Of a stretch of DNA of 64,000 nt, positions 46,120 to 57,456 are shown piece after piece. The translations under genes and the position numbers were made by a program. Below the pieces are notes generated by a model. It searched no databases and was not told the DNA's origin. It saw only the letters and a list, made by a program, of their open reading frames with translations. Position 1 is the first letter of the stretch; each line of letters starts with the position of its first letter. This DNA comes from a virus. Taxonomy: Duplodnaviria > Caudoviricetes. The DNA is taken from IMG/VR virus record IMGVR_UViG_3300031867_000005, positions 64,001-128,000 of that record; one strand, 5' to 3'.

Positions 46120-47551
46120 TTTAGATAATTTAAAATAGTCTTCATTACAAAATTTTCTTGCTTCTTTAATTGGATAGTCAATTGACTCGGTTTCAAATAT
46201 CGTTTCTTCTATTTTAAATTTAGAAAAGACTCCTGATATTAAAAAATTATCTCCTTTATCAGAGTTAGATAATTATTGGAATGAAGGAATAAAAGAAATA
46301 ATGCATAATTATAAAGAACTTTATGATAATAATAAGATTTTTGATACAAATGAAGAACCTTACAACTCAATCTCAACGATAGGCATTAAAAACACTGACG
46401 CTTAGTATCAACAATCCTTAGATAAGAATTTTTCAAATTTTGTAATACCGTAGAAAAATTATAAAAATGATTATTATTCATCAGTTAGGGGAGAAGATTT
46501 TTTTATAAAAATTGCTAATGATAAAACTAATTTATAGTATACTAATGACAAAAGAAAGAATAATAGATTACTAATGCCAAAAAATTCTCGTAGAGTAGAA
46601 ATAGAAGATTTAAATAAAAATTTTTGGGTTATTAGTCAATAGTTAAGTATAATTTGTAATAGCTTATTTAATCCTAAATCTTATTAGAATAATATTATGA
46701 ATGGAATTATTAAGTAGATTTTAAAAATTTGGGATAGTATTTTACTTCTATGGATTGGAGTAAGTAAGGTATTCCAAAATAATATTTTAATATTTTTTCT
46801 TCCCATTTCTTTTAGTTCGAACAGTTTTGACAAGAGATTTGATAATATAGATTACGAAAAATATGATGAATCAATTGTTAATAAAGAAATTTACAATTAG
46901 TGTTATTTTCTTTGTAAAAAATATCAAAATAGTAATTTATTTATTTTTCCCTTACTTAGGGGCAATAATTATTATAAGAATTATTTTTCAAAAATAAAAA
47001 TTCCTTTTTACTATAAAAAGGAAAAGGGAAGTAATGAAATGATAAAAATAAATTAGGATGATGGCAAAGAAATTATTTCAATTGATATTGAAGAAACTGA
47101 ATTATTTAATTAGCAAAAGCTTTCTGAATAGCTTTATGGTTTTAGAGAAAAAGAATCTACTATGGAGTTTTATTATCCATTTAATAGAAATTTATCTAAT
47201 ATTGAAAAGCAAAAACTAATTAGAGATTAGATAAATGCCGGTGACGACAATAACTTAGAAATTGGTTTTTATTGTGCGATTAGAATAATTCCAAAAGTAG
47301 AACTGAATATGGATCCAGTTTAGGGACTAATTATAAAAAAAATCGATTTTGATATAATTGATTTAGTAGAAGAAATTTTAAACCAATCTCTTGAAGAACC
47401 TGAAAAAGTTATAAATGAATAGATTGTATTTTATAATAAAAAATACAGTGAAAAAATAGGTAATATTAGATTGATAGAGAAAAGTAATAACACTTATGGT
47501 CATTATATGGGAGAAGTTTTAAGTTGTAGAAAAGCGGTAAGAATTTATTAA
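46112..47551 (+). CDS. Paralog of the N-terminal part of the giant protein, 479 aa; many TAG=Gln
   Basis: LLMPKNSRRVEIEDLNKNFWVISQ, FDN, GNNYYKNY, YGHYMGE shared with 40030-46119. Confidence 0.8.
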
Positions 47552-47636
47552 AGTAAACATTTTATATTTATAATTAATTGACTTTTATTACAAAATATAA
47601 TAAAATAAATATATGAAAATAAAGAGGTGTTTTAAT

Positions 47637-48455
47637 ATGGCTGAATTTGAAATATCAACTATGGATGAACTTGTTAATGCAGAATAGATTACTGGCATAT
47701 CAACTGGTGATACGCTTAAGCTAATGAATGATATTGATGGGGTAGAAGCTGGATATAGCTATCCAACGACGCTTAGTAATAAATATAATATTGATTTAAA
47801 TGGCTTTACGTTAAAAAATTTATTTTTAGATACGGCTGGTCCTTTTAATAGCAGTACAGTAGTTAAAAACGGAAAAACTCTTAATATATATTTTTCAACT
47901 TAGACAATTTCCCCTTGGCTTAATTTAGAAAATTGCGTTGGTTCTTTTTATTCAAATTTATCAAAACTATTAATATCGAGATTATATAAAAGTGCAGTTG
48001 ACATAACTTATAATCCAAACATAACTGTTAATGAGGGTATTTTTCGCAACGTCAGCTCCAATGAAATAAAACAATTATCAAATATAGTAATTAGGAATGC
48101 TAAAATTAAAGGATCCTACTCAGATAACAAAAATAGCATATATCCGACCCCAAAAGGTTCTTTTGTCGCAGTAGTGTATGATAACTGTCATTTTAATTTA
48201 GATAAAACCTCTCCGAGATTCTATTTTTATGGAAACAATTGTTATGCAGCTTTTTTAGAAACTTCTTTTAATTTAGGAGAAAATAACGCATTAACATTTT
48301 ATGCATCTGATGGTCTAAAACTTGTCAGCTTTCCCGATGGGACTTTTTCAGAAAGTATTACTCTTAATAACGAAAGTCCAGCGAAAGTCAAAATTCTTAC
48401 CAAAGACCAATTAAGAAGTCATGAGTATCTTACAAATATAGGGTTCTTGCCATGA
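47637..48455 (+). CDS. Hypothetical beta-helix-like protein; 2 TAG=Gln
   Basis: Promoter at 47578, RBS GAGGTG; LKLMNDID...IDLNGFTLKNL motif. Confidence 0.7.
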
Positions 48456-49378
48456 GTTGGGAAATTAAAACACATAATGAAATTATTGACGAATTTGAAT
48501 GGGGAGGCTTAGATTCATCTGGTGAAGAAATTGATTATAATAGTCGAATTCGTTCAAAAGAATTTCTTTTTCTTTTTGGAGCACCATCTCCATATACCAC
48601 AACATGTGTTATTTAGCCACCTAGTTATGAAGGATTAAAATATGATATATATAGATATAAAGATGATGAAACATATTCATCAAAAACGACTGGTAGGACA
48701 GGAAATACAGAAATTACTTTAATAAAAAACGAAAAAATTAAATTAGTTTTTTATACTGCGAGTACAAGCACATTAATTCCTGGAGGGCTAGATAATATCA
48801 ATGTTAAAATAATTTTAACGTATCCAGAAATTCCAATTACAGCAGACAATAATTTTTTTAAATTACCATATTATACAACAGAATATGGACTTCCGGAGAA
48901 ATATACTGGGGAACTTTGGGCAATAAATGAAAACTTTTATTAGTTTCCTCATATAAAAGAAAGTGGTATAGCTCCAGAATATGACGGTTTTCTTTGGGCA
49001 ATAAATGAAAACTTTTATTAGTTTCCTCATATAAAAGAAAGTGGTATAGCTCCAGAATATGACGGTTTTCTTTGGGCAATGAATGAAAATTTTTATTAGT
49101 TTCCTTATATTAGAAAGAGTGGTATAGCTCCAGAATATGAATTCCCACCCGGTTATACTCCTCCTGAAGAGGAAGATGCTCTAATACCTCTTGATAGAAT
49201 TATTTATGATATAGGTTACTCAGCATCTCTTGTTAGTATATCAAAGAAATAGACTACTTCGGAAAAGATAAAAGAACTATTGAAAAGAATGAAGGGGATA
49301 GAAACAAAACATATTGAGAAGTCAAATATTGTTAATTTAATTCTAAGTCCAACTGATTCTAAATCAGATGGAAATTAA
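48452..49378 (+). CDS. Hypothetical protein with three 26-aa repeats, 308 aa; 5 TAG=Gln
   Basis: ATGA overlap with upstream gene; continuous under code 15. Confidence 0.75.
48914..49140 (+). repeat. 78-bp tandem repeat x3 (first two identical)
   Basis: LWAINENFY[Q]FPHIKESGIAPEYDGF. Confidence 0.92.
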
Positions 49379-49458
49379 TTTAAAAATAATAAAATAATAG
49401 AATATAACTTTTTAGGACGAGAATAAATACTAAAGATTGGAAAGTCAATTATAATTAA

Positions 49459-49487
49459 TTGACTTTCTTTCTTTTTTATGATATAAT
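49459..49487 (+). promoter_or_regulatory. Sigma-A type promoter
   Basis: TTGACT-17-TATAAT with extended TG. Confidence 0.75.
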
Positions 49488-49521
49488 TTATATAGTAAAA
49501 ATGAAACGGAGGAAAATAAAA

Positions 49522-51648
49522 ATGGAGTTTAATGCAAGACAGAAAAAAGTAATTTATGCTGAAGAACCTAACATTTTATGCTTAGCCAGCGCTGCTTCAG
49601 GAAAGGCTATTCCAAATTCTACAATTATTCCTACTATTAATGGAGTGAAAAGAGTAGATGAGATAAAAAAGGGGGATTATTTGTTTGATAGAAATGGTAA
49701 TCCGACAAAAGTTTTAGGTGTTTTTCCGCAAGGAAAAAAAGAAGTATTTGAAATAACTTTTGGTGATGGGAGAAAGGCTAAATCATCAAAAGATCATATT
49801 TGGTTTGTGAATAAAAGAACTTGGAAAGACAAAAATCGTTATGAAGAATATACTATTGAAGAACTTTTAAAAGAAAAAATAATAGTTAATAGAGGAGGAA
49901 ATTTCTATATTCCTTGTGCTAAGCCAGTTCATTATCTAGAAAAAAAATATGAAATTCATCCGTATATAATTGGAGCTTTTTTAGGTGATGGGTGTTGTCT
50001 AGAAAAAGAATTAGTAATTTCTTCTGAAAATGACACAATTCCTAATCATATAAAAGAATTGCTTCAAGCAGATGAAATCCATCGAAATCCAGCTAATTAT
50101 AATTGGTATTTTAAAAAGGGAGGAGTCAATATTAAAAGTAACATTCTTCCAATTGAATTGAAAAAGTATAGTTATGAAAAAAGTATCCCCAAAGAATATA
50201 AATATGGTTCAATTGAACAAAGATTAGAATTAATTCGGGGATTGATGGATACTGATGGTTCAATATCAATAGATAAAAGAGAAAATCATTCTCCTTGCGT
50301 AAGTTTTACCTCTACAAGTTATCAATTAATTTTAGATGTAAAAGAGGTATTAGGCTCTTTAGGCTATGTCTCTACGATTTCAGAGGATAAGCGTTCAGAT
50401 AAATATACTAAGGGGATAGCATACAGTTTAAATATAAACATTTCAAATAGTGAAAAATATAAATTATTTTGGTTAAAAAGGAAAAAAGATATTGCTTTGT
50501 CTATCAAAAATAAAAAGCAACATAGAGATTATATGAAAACAACAATCAGAAAAATTGAAGATTTAGGTTTTTCAGAAGAAATGACTTGTTTTTATGTTGA
50601 TAATGCTGAACACTTATTTTTAATGAATGATTTTATTGTAACGCATAATACGAGTGTGCTAACCGAACGAATTAAGGTTTTAATCAACGAAAGAAATATG
50701 TCTCCAAGCGATATAGTTGCAATCACCTTTACTCGTATGGCAGCAGATGAAATGGTTAAAAGATTAGATGGGGTCGCTAATGGAGCTTTCATTGGTACAA
50801 TTCATTCCTATGCAAATAAAATCTGTGTTAGTAACAATATAGATACCCAAAAGTTCCTTGAATATGGAGAGTTTGATAAGATTCTAAAGAAAGCGAATAC
50901 CTTACCGTCCAGTAGATATTTCCAAATTAAACATCTCTTAGTTGATGAATGTCAAGACATTAGTCCATTAGAATATGCTTTTTTGGAAAAAATTCCATCT
51001 GAAAATGTATTTTTCTGTGGGGATAATAGGCAAATGATTTATGCTTTTAAAGGAACGACAGACGAATATTTGGTTAGTATGTATAGAGATGCGAATTATA
51101 AAAAATATTTTTTGACAGAAAATTATCGTAATGCGCCAAATATTTTAAAATTTGCTGATAGTTTAATTGCATCACATATTCAACTAAGTCCTAAATCGAT
51201 TCCAGTAAGAACAAAAGGTGGAGATGTTATTCAGGGAAGTTTTTATGAAGCTCTAGAAGAATTAGAATATTCTGAAAATTGGGGAAGCTGGTTCATTTTA
51301 ACCAGAACTAATGCAGAAATTATTCAAGTTCAAGAAATTTTAAATAAAAAGAAAATTCCAAACATTACCTTTAAAAAGGGCGACTTAGATTTGGAAGAAA
51401 TGGGACAATTAATGCAAAGTGATAGAGTCAAAATTCTCACGATCCACACATCAAAGGGACTTGAATCTAATAACGTGATTGTAATAGGAGCTAACCTATA
51501 TAATGAAGAAGAACGAAGGCTGGCATATGTTGCAGCTACAAGAGCTAAAAATTCACTTTATTGGTGTCCTTCAATAAAGAAAAGAAGAAAATATGATAAT
51601 GAAAATAAAAAAATCAATAGAACTAAAACTGATATTATAGAATTTTAA
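49522..51648 (+). CDS. UvrD/PcrA-like SF1 helicase containing an intein; no TAG
   Basis: ASAASGK|T Walker A, ITFT, LVDECQD, GDNRQMIY, TIHTSKGLE, YVAATRA. Confidence 0.9.
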   Translation: MEFNARQKKVIYAEEPNILCLASAASGKAIPNSTIIPTINGVKRVDEIKKGDYLFDRNGNPTKVLGVFPQGKKEVFEITFGDGRKAKSSKDHIWFVNKRTWKDKNRYEEYTIEELLKEKIIVNRGGNFYIPCAKPVHYLEKKYEIHPYIIGAFLGDGCCLEKELVISSENDTIPNHIKELLQADEIHRNPANYNWYFKKGGVNIKSNILPIELKKYSYEKSIPKEYKYGSIEQRLELIRGLMDTDGSISIDKRENHSPCVSFTSTSYQLILDVKEVLGSLGYVSTISEDKRSDKYTKGIAYSLNINISNSEKYKLFWLKRKKDIALSIKNKKQHRDYMKTTIRKIEDLGFSEEMTCFYVDNAEHLFLMNDFIVTHNTSVLTERIKVLINERNMSPSDIVAITFTRMAADEMVKRLDGVANGAFIGTIHSYANKICVSNNIDTQKFLEYGEFDKILKKANTLPSSRYFQIKHLLVDECQDISPLEYAFLEKIPSENVFFCGDNRQMIYAFKGTTDEYLVSMYRDANYKKYFLTENYRNAPNILKFADSLIASHIQLSPKSIPVRTKGGDVIQGSFYEALEELEYSENWGSWFILTRTNAEIIQVQEILNKKKIPNITFKKGDLDLEEMGQLMQSDRVKILTIHTSKGLESNNVIVIGANLYNEEERRLAYVAATRAKNSLYWCPSIKKRRKYDNENKKINRTKTDIIEF
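49606..50649 (+). mobile_element. Intein (348 aa) with LAGLIDADG domain, class-3 signature
   Basis: Starts Ala, ends THN followed by Thr; DHIW, MTCFYV, IVTHN; IGAFLGDG and LIRGLMDTDGS. Confidence 0.9.
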
Positions 51649-51658
51649 GGAGATAATA

Positions 51659-52174
51659 ATGGAAGAAGATTTTATTGTAATTTATAAAGATGAAGAAAAA
51701 ACAATTTCAGTTTCTAAACTACTTATTGATTTTTTAGAAAAGAAAAGAGTAAAAAAAATAAAAATTACTCAAGATGAACTCTCTGTTTTAATTCCATTAG
51801 TATATACTCAATTATCTGCTAATGGAGTTGATATAAAAGCTCTTAATAAAGTAAGTAGTTCAGTTGCCCCTGTAATTACTTATGGTTATAGATTATGTTT
51901 AGGAGAACCATATAATAAATTTTCCAATGTGATTGAAATGATTTCATCTTCAATAGATATAAGAAGAGATAAAGATAGTTTTGAGGAGTATCTTTATTTT
52001 TATAATAATTTTTCGTTGCCAAAAGGAGAAAAGATTTATTGCAAGATATTTGACGATAGATTTAAGGGCTTAGATGGTTGGTTAGCACATGTTTCAAAGG
52101 AAGATTTAATTATATTATTTTGGAGTTATGAAAATAATGAAGATGAAAATGATGATTTGCTATTAAGAATATAA
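51659..52174 (+). CDS. Hypothetical protein
   Basis: RBS AAGGAG + ORF. Confidence 0.65.
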   Translation: MEEDFIVIYKDEEKTISVSKLLIDFLEKKRVKKIKITQDELSVLIPLVYTQLSANGVDIKALNKVSSSVAPVITYGYRLCLGEPYNKFSNVIEMISSSIDIRRDKDSFEEYLYFYNNFSLPKGEKIYCKIFDDRFKGLDGWLAHVSKEDLIILFWSYENNEDENDDLLLRI

Positions 52175-52231
52175 TCATTTAAAATGTATTATATTCTGTT
52201 ATATATTTATTGATATTAGGAGGAATTAAAA

Positions 52232-52525
52232 ATGAAGAAAATTATTACAATGATAATGATGGGAACAATTGCTATTACAATGGTAGGCTGTACTAATAAC
52301 ACTGATTCCAATAATGGTGAGAGTTCTATAGTTGAAACGGAAACATATGTTGATGAAGTAGAGAATGGAATAGAAGTCCAAACAGAAACAAGAGAAACAG
52401 AAGAGACAGATACTGAAACAGTGATTTTTTCTGAAACAGAGACAGAAGAAACAGAAGAAACAGATACTGAAGAGATGTCTTTTTCTGAAACAGAAACAGA
52501 AGAAACAGAAGAATCTAAAGAGTAA
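52232..52525 (+). CDS. Small acidic lipoprotein with Glu/Thr repeats
   Basis: MKK-hydrophobic-MVGC lipobox; ETETEETEETDTE repeats. Confidence 0.7.
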   Translation: MKKIITMIMMGTIAITMVGCTNNTDSNNGESSIVETETYVDEVENGIEVQTETRETEETDTETVIFSETETEETEETDTEEMSFSETETEETEESKE

Positions 52526-52709
52526 GAATAAATATAGAAAAAAGAAAGTCAACTATTAATGTTGGCTTTAATTTTTTATAGAGGGGGTATATTTTTTAAA
52601 ATAAGTTCTATGAAAAAGATCATTTTTAAATAAAAAAATATTTGAAAAATTTGACTTTTAAAGAAAATAATGCTATAATTATTATAGTAATGAGAAAGGA
52701 GTTGGAAAA

Positions 52710-53303
52710 ATGCATATATATAAAAAGAAAAATGATGATAGAGAGATATATATAGCAGCAGACTTAAATTTTTGTCAATCAAAAGAAAGAGATAAAATAT
52801 TGGTAAATAATTGGAATCTCATTGTTAAAGAAAATGATTTGGTTATTTTATTGGGAGATATTATTAATGGTCAGAAGTATAATTGGATTGAAATTCAATA
52901 GATTTTTGACTCTTTAAATGGAGAAAAAGAAATAATTAGTATTTCAAGTGATGAAGATATTGCCGATAAATGGAAGAATATTTTAGGACATACAACTCAT
53001 AAAGTTACAGCGGCCGCAAAAGGAAAAATTAACGGAATGGAAAAGGTAGTTATTATTTATCCTTATTTAACTCCATCAATTAAGAATAAAGATTTTAAGG
53101 ATACTGAAATATATAGTGCGGCACCACGTTCAATTACAAAACAGAATAATGTATTTGAAGATAATATTATGAGTATTAGCATTGATGATTGGGGCCTTTT
53201 TCCGATTAAATATAAAAATATTCCTTTAATGATAGATGACATATTGGTATTTGAAAAGATGAAAGATACGGAGGAAAATATTGATGAACAAAAAAATATA
53301 TGA
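52710..53303 (+). CDS. Degenerate calcineurin-like phosphoesterase; TAG=Gln at 52899
   Basis: IAADLNF, NWN..V..ND.V..LGD, ISIDDW; GNHD motif absent. Confidence 0.65.
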
Positions 53304-53568
53304 GATTAATAATTTAAGGGATTTTATAATTGTTGTTATAGGTGCAATTGCAATTTTCTTTGTATTAACTGTTTTTTATATGTGGATTTGGAAAGTTGCA
53401 ATAGTTGCTTTATTTCCTTTTATGCCGATGCCATCTTTTTGGCAATTTGTAGGATTAGAAATTTTGGCGAATGTATTTTTTAAGAATAATAATGATAGCT
53501 CATGGATACAATTTAAGGCTATTGGTGGAGGTGAAGAAGTAAGTGGGAAAGATAACAATATTAAATGA
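53284..53568 (+). CDS. Small membrane protein
   Basis: Hydrophobic segments. Confidence 0.6.
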   Translation: MNKKIYEINNLRDFIIVVIGAIAIFFVLTVFYMWIWKVAIVALFPFMPMPSFWQFVGLEILANVFFKNNNDSSWIQFKAIGGGEEVSGKDNNIK

Positions 53569-54223
53569 TACGACAAAAGAACCAATTGAAATGATTGGAA
53601 GAATGGCTGGACTTTGTTGGGGGTCTGATACTGAAGATTTTAATAAGAATTATAAAAGAGGTCTAAATTGTATTAAAGCTAATCATGGAAGGACATTAGA
53701 ATATCCACAAATTTATATTGAATTTGAAGGATATTCTGCCCGTGTAATCAGAGAATTATATACACATATAGGTTCTCTTCCAAGCCGTCTTCAAGAATCA
53801 ACAAGATATATGGATTTCAGCTCGTTTGAATTTGTGACTCCGCCATCCATTCAAAAAAATTCAAAGGCAGAAAAAATTTATAAAAATTGTATGAAAGAAA
53901 TTTCTAATGTGATCACACAGCTCAATGAATTAGGGGTCAAGCGAGAAGATTCAGCAATGCTTTTGCCGCTTGCTATGGAAACAAAAGTAATAATGAGAAC
54001 GAATTTAAGACATTTAGTTGATATGTCTCATCAAAGACTTTGTTCTCGTGCTTACTGGGAGTTCAGAGAACTTTTCAAAGATTTAATGGAAGCTTTAAGT
54101 AATTATAGTAATGAGTGGCGGATTCTAATAAAGGAATTAAAAATATTTAAGCCAAAATGTGAAATGTTAGGTTATTGCCCTGAGCTAAAATCTTGTGGAA
54201 GAAAGGAGAAAAAAGAGGTGTAA
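53543..54223 (+). CDS. thyX: Flavin-dependent thymidylate synthase
   Basis: NHGRTLE, QESTRY, EDSAMLLP, NLRHL, RLCSRAYWEFR. Confidence 0.9.
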   Translation: MGKITILNDTTKEPIEMIGRMAGLCWGSDTEDFNKNYKRGLNCIKANHGRTLEYPQIYIEFEGYSARVIRELYTHIGSLPSRLQESTRYMDFSSFEFVTPPSIQKNSKAEKIYKNCMKEISNVITQLNELGVKREDSAMLLPLAMETKVIMRTNLRHLVDMSHQRLCSRAYWEFRELFKDLMEALSNYSNEWRILIKELKIFKPKCEMLGYCPELKSCGRKEKKEV

Positions 54224-54228
54224 TATAA

Positions 54229-55272
54229 ATGGGAGTATTGGAAAACGAAGTTCCCAATAATGGAGCGATTATTGATGCACTTGTAAAATGTGAAAGTGTA
54301 TTAAAATAGCATAATAAAGTTATGGTAAGTATCAGCGGCGGCTCAGACTCTGATATGATGATGGATTTAATTGAAAGATGCAGACAGCCGCACAACGAGA
54401 TTTATTATGTTTTCTTTGACACTGGAATTGAGTTTCAGGCTACTAAGAATCATATTAAGTTTTTGGAAGAAAAGTATGGAGTTGAGATTTATAGGGAGAA
54501 ACCTATTAAGTCAATTCCGACTTCCTGTCGTGAGCATGGGCAGCCTTTTCTTTCTAAAGCAATTAGTGAGAATATTTCTCGTTTACAAAAGCACAATTTT
54601 CAGTGGGAAGACGAATCCTATGAGGAACTTGCTAAGAAATATCCTAAATGTTTATCTGGGTTAAAATGGTGGTGTAATGATTGGGGAGAAAATAGTTCTT
54701 TTAATATTGAAAGAAGAAAATGGTTAAAAGAATTTTTATTAGCTAATCCGCCGCAGTTCAAGATTTCTTAGAAGTGTTGTCAATATGCTAAAAAGGATTT
54801 GGCTAAGCACTGGAAGAAAGAACACATTGTCGATTTAAGTTGCGTTGGAGTTAGAAAAGCAGAGGGTGGTCAGAGGGCAACTGCCTATAAGAATTGTTTT
54901 ACTAAAGGTGAAGGAGTTGCTGATGAGTATAGACCAATTTTCTGGTTTACTGACAAAGACAAAGAAGATTATTTGAATTTTTATGGGGTTGAATTGAGTG
55001 ATTGTTATACTAAGTATGGACTAAGAAGAACAGGTTGTTCTGGTTGTCCCTACGCTTAGGACTGGAAAGGGGAACTTGCGGCTCTTGAAGAATTTGAACC
55101 TAAGTTAGCTAATGGTGTTAAACATATCTTTGCAGACAGCTATAAATTCTTAGAAGATTATGAAACTTTCTGTCAGGATATGGAAAAGAAATATGGAATG
55201 AAGTATGCAACATTTAGAAAATACCAAAAAGAAAAGGAGAAAGAGAATGCTGAAAAATGTGAAACTGTATGA
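54229..55272 (+). CDS. Second PAPS reductase-family protein, 347 aa; 3 TAG=Gln
   Basis: SISGGSDSD, FDTGIE, IS[Q]KCCQYAKK, GVRKAEGG, RTGCSGCP. Confidence 0.85.
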
Positions 55273-55765
55273 AGAAGAAGCTGAAAGAAAATCGAAAGAA
55301 ACTTGGTATGATTTAAAATACCAATGGTGGTGCGGTTGGTGTGGAACAAGAGAGTTTGATTTTGCTAGCGATAATTATAACTCCCATTGTTTTGCTAGTG
55401 TAGACCCTAAGACTAATGAAGTAATTGGCTTGATGGGTTATGAAGTTGACTGGGCCGCTAAATCTACTTCTGGTTTCTATGCGGCCAGCTTCGATGAGAG
55501 CGGTCGTGCTATTTTTGCAAAAGATTTGTTGGAAATGATTGACGATATTTTCATGAAGTATGATTTTAAAAGAATGGAATGGCGTTGTTGGGCTGACAAT
55601 CCCGCAATTCGTGGGTATCGAAAGTTCTGTAAGAGGGTTGGCGGTAGAGAAGTCGGAACTCTTTATAGGGCTGGGATTTTGCTTGACGGACAAATTCACG
55701 ACAACGTTATCTTTGAATTGCTTCAAGAAGATTATTTGAAAGCTAAACAGGAGGAGAGAATTTGA
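55247..55765 (+). CDS. GNAT acetyltransferase (RimJ/RimL-like)
   Basis: F..MEWRC..DNPAIRGYRKF...GGREVGTL...DGQIHD. Confidence 0.7.
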   Translation: MLKNVKLYEEEAERKSKETWYDLKYQWWCGWCGTREFDFASDNYNSHCFASVDPKTNEVIGLMGYEVDWAAKSTSGFYAASFDESGRAIFAKDLLEMIDDIFMKYDFKRMEWRCWADNPAIRGYRKFCKRVGGREVGTLYRAGILLDGQIHDNVIFELLQEDYLKAKQEERI

Positions 55766-56301
55766 GTATTGTGGTAAACTTTTTTGGTGCACCTTGCAGT
55801 GGAAAAAGCTTTGGGGCTGCCTATGTTTTTAGTTTGTTGAAAACAGTTGGAGTTAACTGTGAACTTGTTACAGAATTTGCTAAAGATTTAGTGTGGGATG
55901 AAAATCAAATGGGCTTGAATTGTCAGGAGTATCTATTTGGTAATCAGTCCTATCGTTTGAGTCGCCTTAAAGATAAAGTTTCGGTTATCATAAGTGATTG
56001 TCCTCTTCTCCTTTGTTCTTTTTATAATAAAAACTCTGTTCTTGATAAGGATTTTGATAGTGTTGTAATGAAAGTTTTTAATTCCTATGATAATCTTAAC
56101 TATTTAGTAATGAGAAGTGGTGATTATAGTGAAGTAGGACGTATTCATACTAAAGAAGAAGCTGATAAAATCGGTGATGATTTGCAAGATTTTCTTGATA
56201 GCCGTAACATTCCTTATCATCATGGAATTGGAGAAATCCTATTCTATAATTCAATCGTTGAGGATGTATTGAATGAGTTGCAAAAGAGTGGTGGAGAATG
56301 A
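55762..56301 (+). CDS. AAA_28/NadR-like P-loop nucleotide kinase
   Basis: FGAPCSGKS, ELVTEFAKDLVW, ISDCPLL. Confidence 0.75.
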   Translation: MSIVVNFFGAPCSGKSFGAAYVFSLLKTVGVNCELVTEFAKDLVWDENQMGLNCQEYLFGNQSYRLSRLKDKVSVIISDCPLLLCSFYNKNSVLDKDFDSVVMKVFNSYDNLNYLVMRSGDYSEVGRIHTKEEADKIGDDLQDFLDSRNIPYHHGIGEILFYNSIVEDVLNELQKSGGE

Positions 56302-56720
56302 TGGGAAATGAGTTTTTAACTAGTCAGTTTTTTAGAAAAGGGAATGATGCTCGTTTTAACGAAGTAATGGAATTTCTTACATCAATGAAAGAAAAAGCAG
56401 ATGAGTTAATGGAGGAGAATGATAGGTTAAAGCATAGGTCTGATGAAGATATTTTTGCTGAAAAGAATGCTATCATTGAGGAGCTAAGAAAAAAGCTTTC
56501 TGAGAAACAAAAAGTTTCTTGTTATGCCTTTACAGAAGAACAGCTTAAAGATTTTAATAATTGGTGGAAGTCTCATATTTCTGATCCTAAGATTCAGGAG
56601 AAAATGGCAAAGCTTAAAAATTCTGGACACCATCCAACTTATGAAATTACTCCAACTGAACTGGGATATTGGTATGGCATTAGATGTTCTTGTGGTGCAA
56701 ATTATGGAGAATTAGATTAA
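56298..56720 (+). CDS. Hypothetical protein
   Basis: Coiled coil then PTELG...CSCG. Confidence 0.65.
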   Translation: MMGNEFLTSQFFRKGNDARFNEVMEFLTSMKEKADELMEENDRLKHRSDEDIFAEKNAIIEELRKKLSEKQKVSCYAFTEEQLKDFNNWWKSHISDPKIQEKMAKLKNSGHHPTYEITPTELGYWYGIRCSCGANYGELD

Positions 56721-57115
56721 TGGGAGCTATGGAATGGATTGTAATAATTGCATGGGGAACGATGATCTTAGGATTTATTCTCCATGCAATTTCTAATTAT
56801 TACATTTCAAATAGAAAGAAATTAAAGAAAAAAGACAATGCGAATGATAAGGAATATAACGAAGAAGATATGCAAAGGCTTTTAAAAATTCTAAAGTAGA
56901 AAGAAAAGAGAGAGGAAGATGAATGGACTGAATCTTGGGTAAAGACTGAGAAAGAAATTAGTAAGGAAATTGATGAATATGAAAGAAGTAGGAAGGAAAG
57001 ATTAGAAAAGGTAAAAGTTTCATGTGATAAATTAGAGAAGGGCACAGAACAAGATTGTCTTTCTTGTATTGAAAGATTAAATAAAATGAGAGAAAATGAA
57101 AATAAAGATAATTGA
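56720..57115 (+). CDS. Membrane-anchored coiled-coil protein; TAG=Gln at 56897
   Basis: TAATG coupling; N-terminal TM. Confidence 0.6.
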
Positions 57116-57190
57116 CTTTTCTTATATTTTATTATATAATATATATAGAAAATGTGTTTAATACAATTTAAATTTATGGAGGAAAAAGAA

Positions 57191-57448
57191 ATGAGAGTTA
57201 GAATTTATTTGACAACCAACAAAGATTGTGTAAGTTTTTGTGATACTGTTAAGTCTTTGGGTATTAACGGTGAGCTTGTAAATGAGAATGGACGCTATAG
57301 AGTATCTGCGGCGAGCCTAATGGGATGTTTAATGGCATCTGCTGAATGGGGAGATACTATTTACTTCGAATGTGAAGAGGATAAGTATAGTGAATTTGAA
57401 CCTTGGATTGCTGTAGAAGCTGATGATGCAGCAAATATTCATTGTTGA
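57191..57448 (+). CDS. HPr-like protein 2
   Basis: GRYRVSAASLMG Ser46-type motif; promoter TTGACT-17-TATAAT at 57112-57140. Confidence 0.6.
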   Translation: MRVRIYLTTNKDCVSFCDTVKSLGINGELVNENGRYRVSAASLMGCLMASAEWGDTIYFECEEDKYSEFEPWIAVEADDAANIHC

Positions 57449-57456
57449 GGTGAAAT

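Noticed and set aside
48914-49140. Diversity-generating retroelement TR/VR pair
   Set aside because: Tandem copies, differences not adenine-specific, no reverse transcriptase in window
35570-49378. Mass pseudogenisation or non-coding desert
   Set aside because: Only TAG interrupts the frames; no frameshifts or TAA/TGA
54229-55272. Sulfate-assimilation cysH as a metabolic gene
   Set aside because: No other cys genes; phage-type family in a DNA-metabolism context, so function left open
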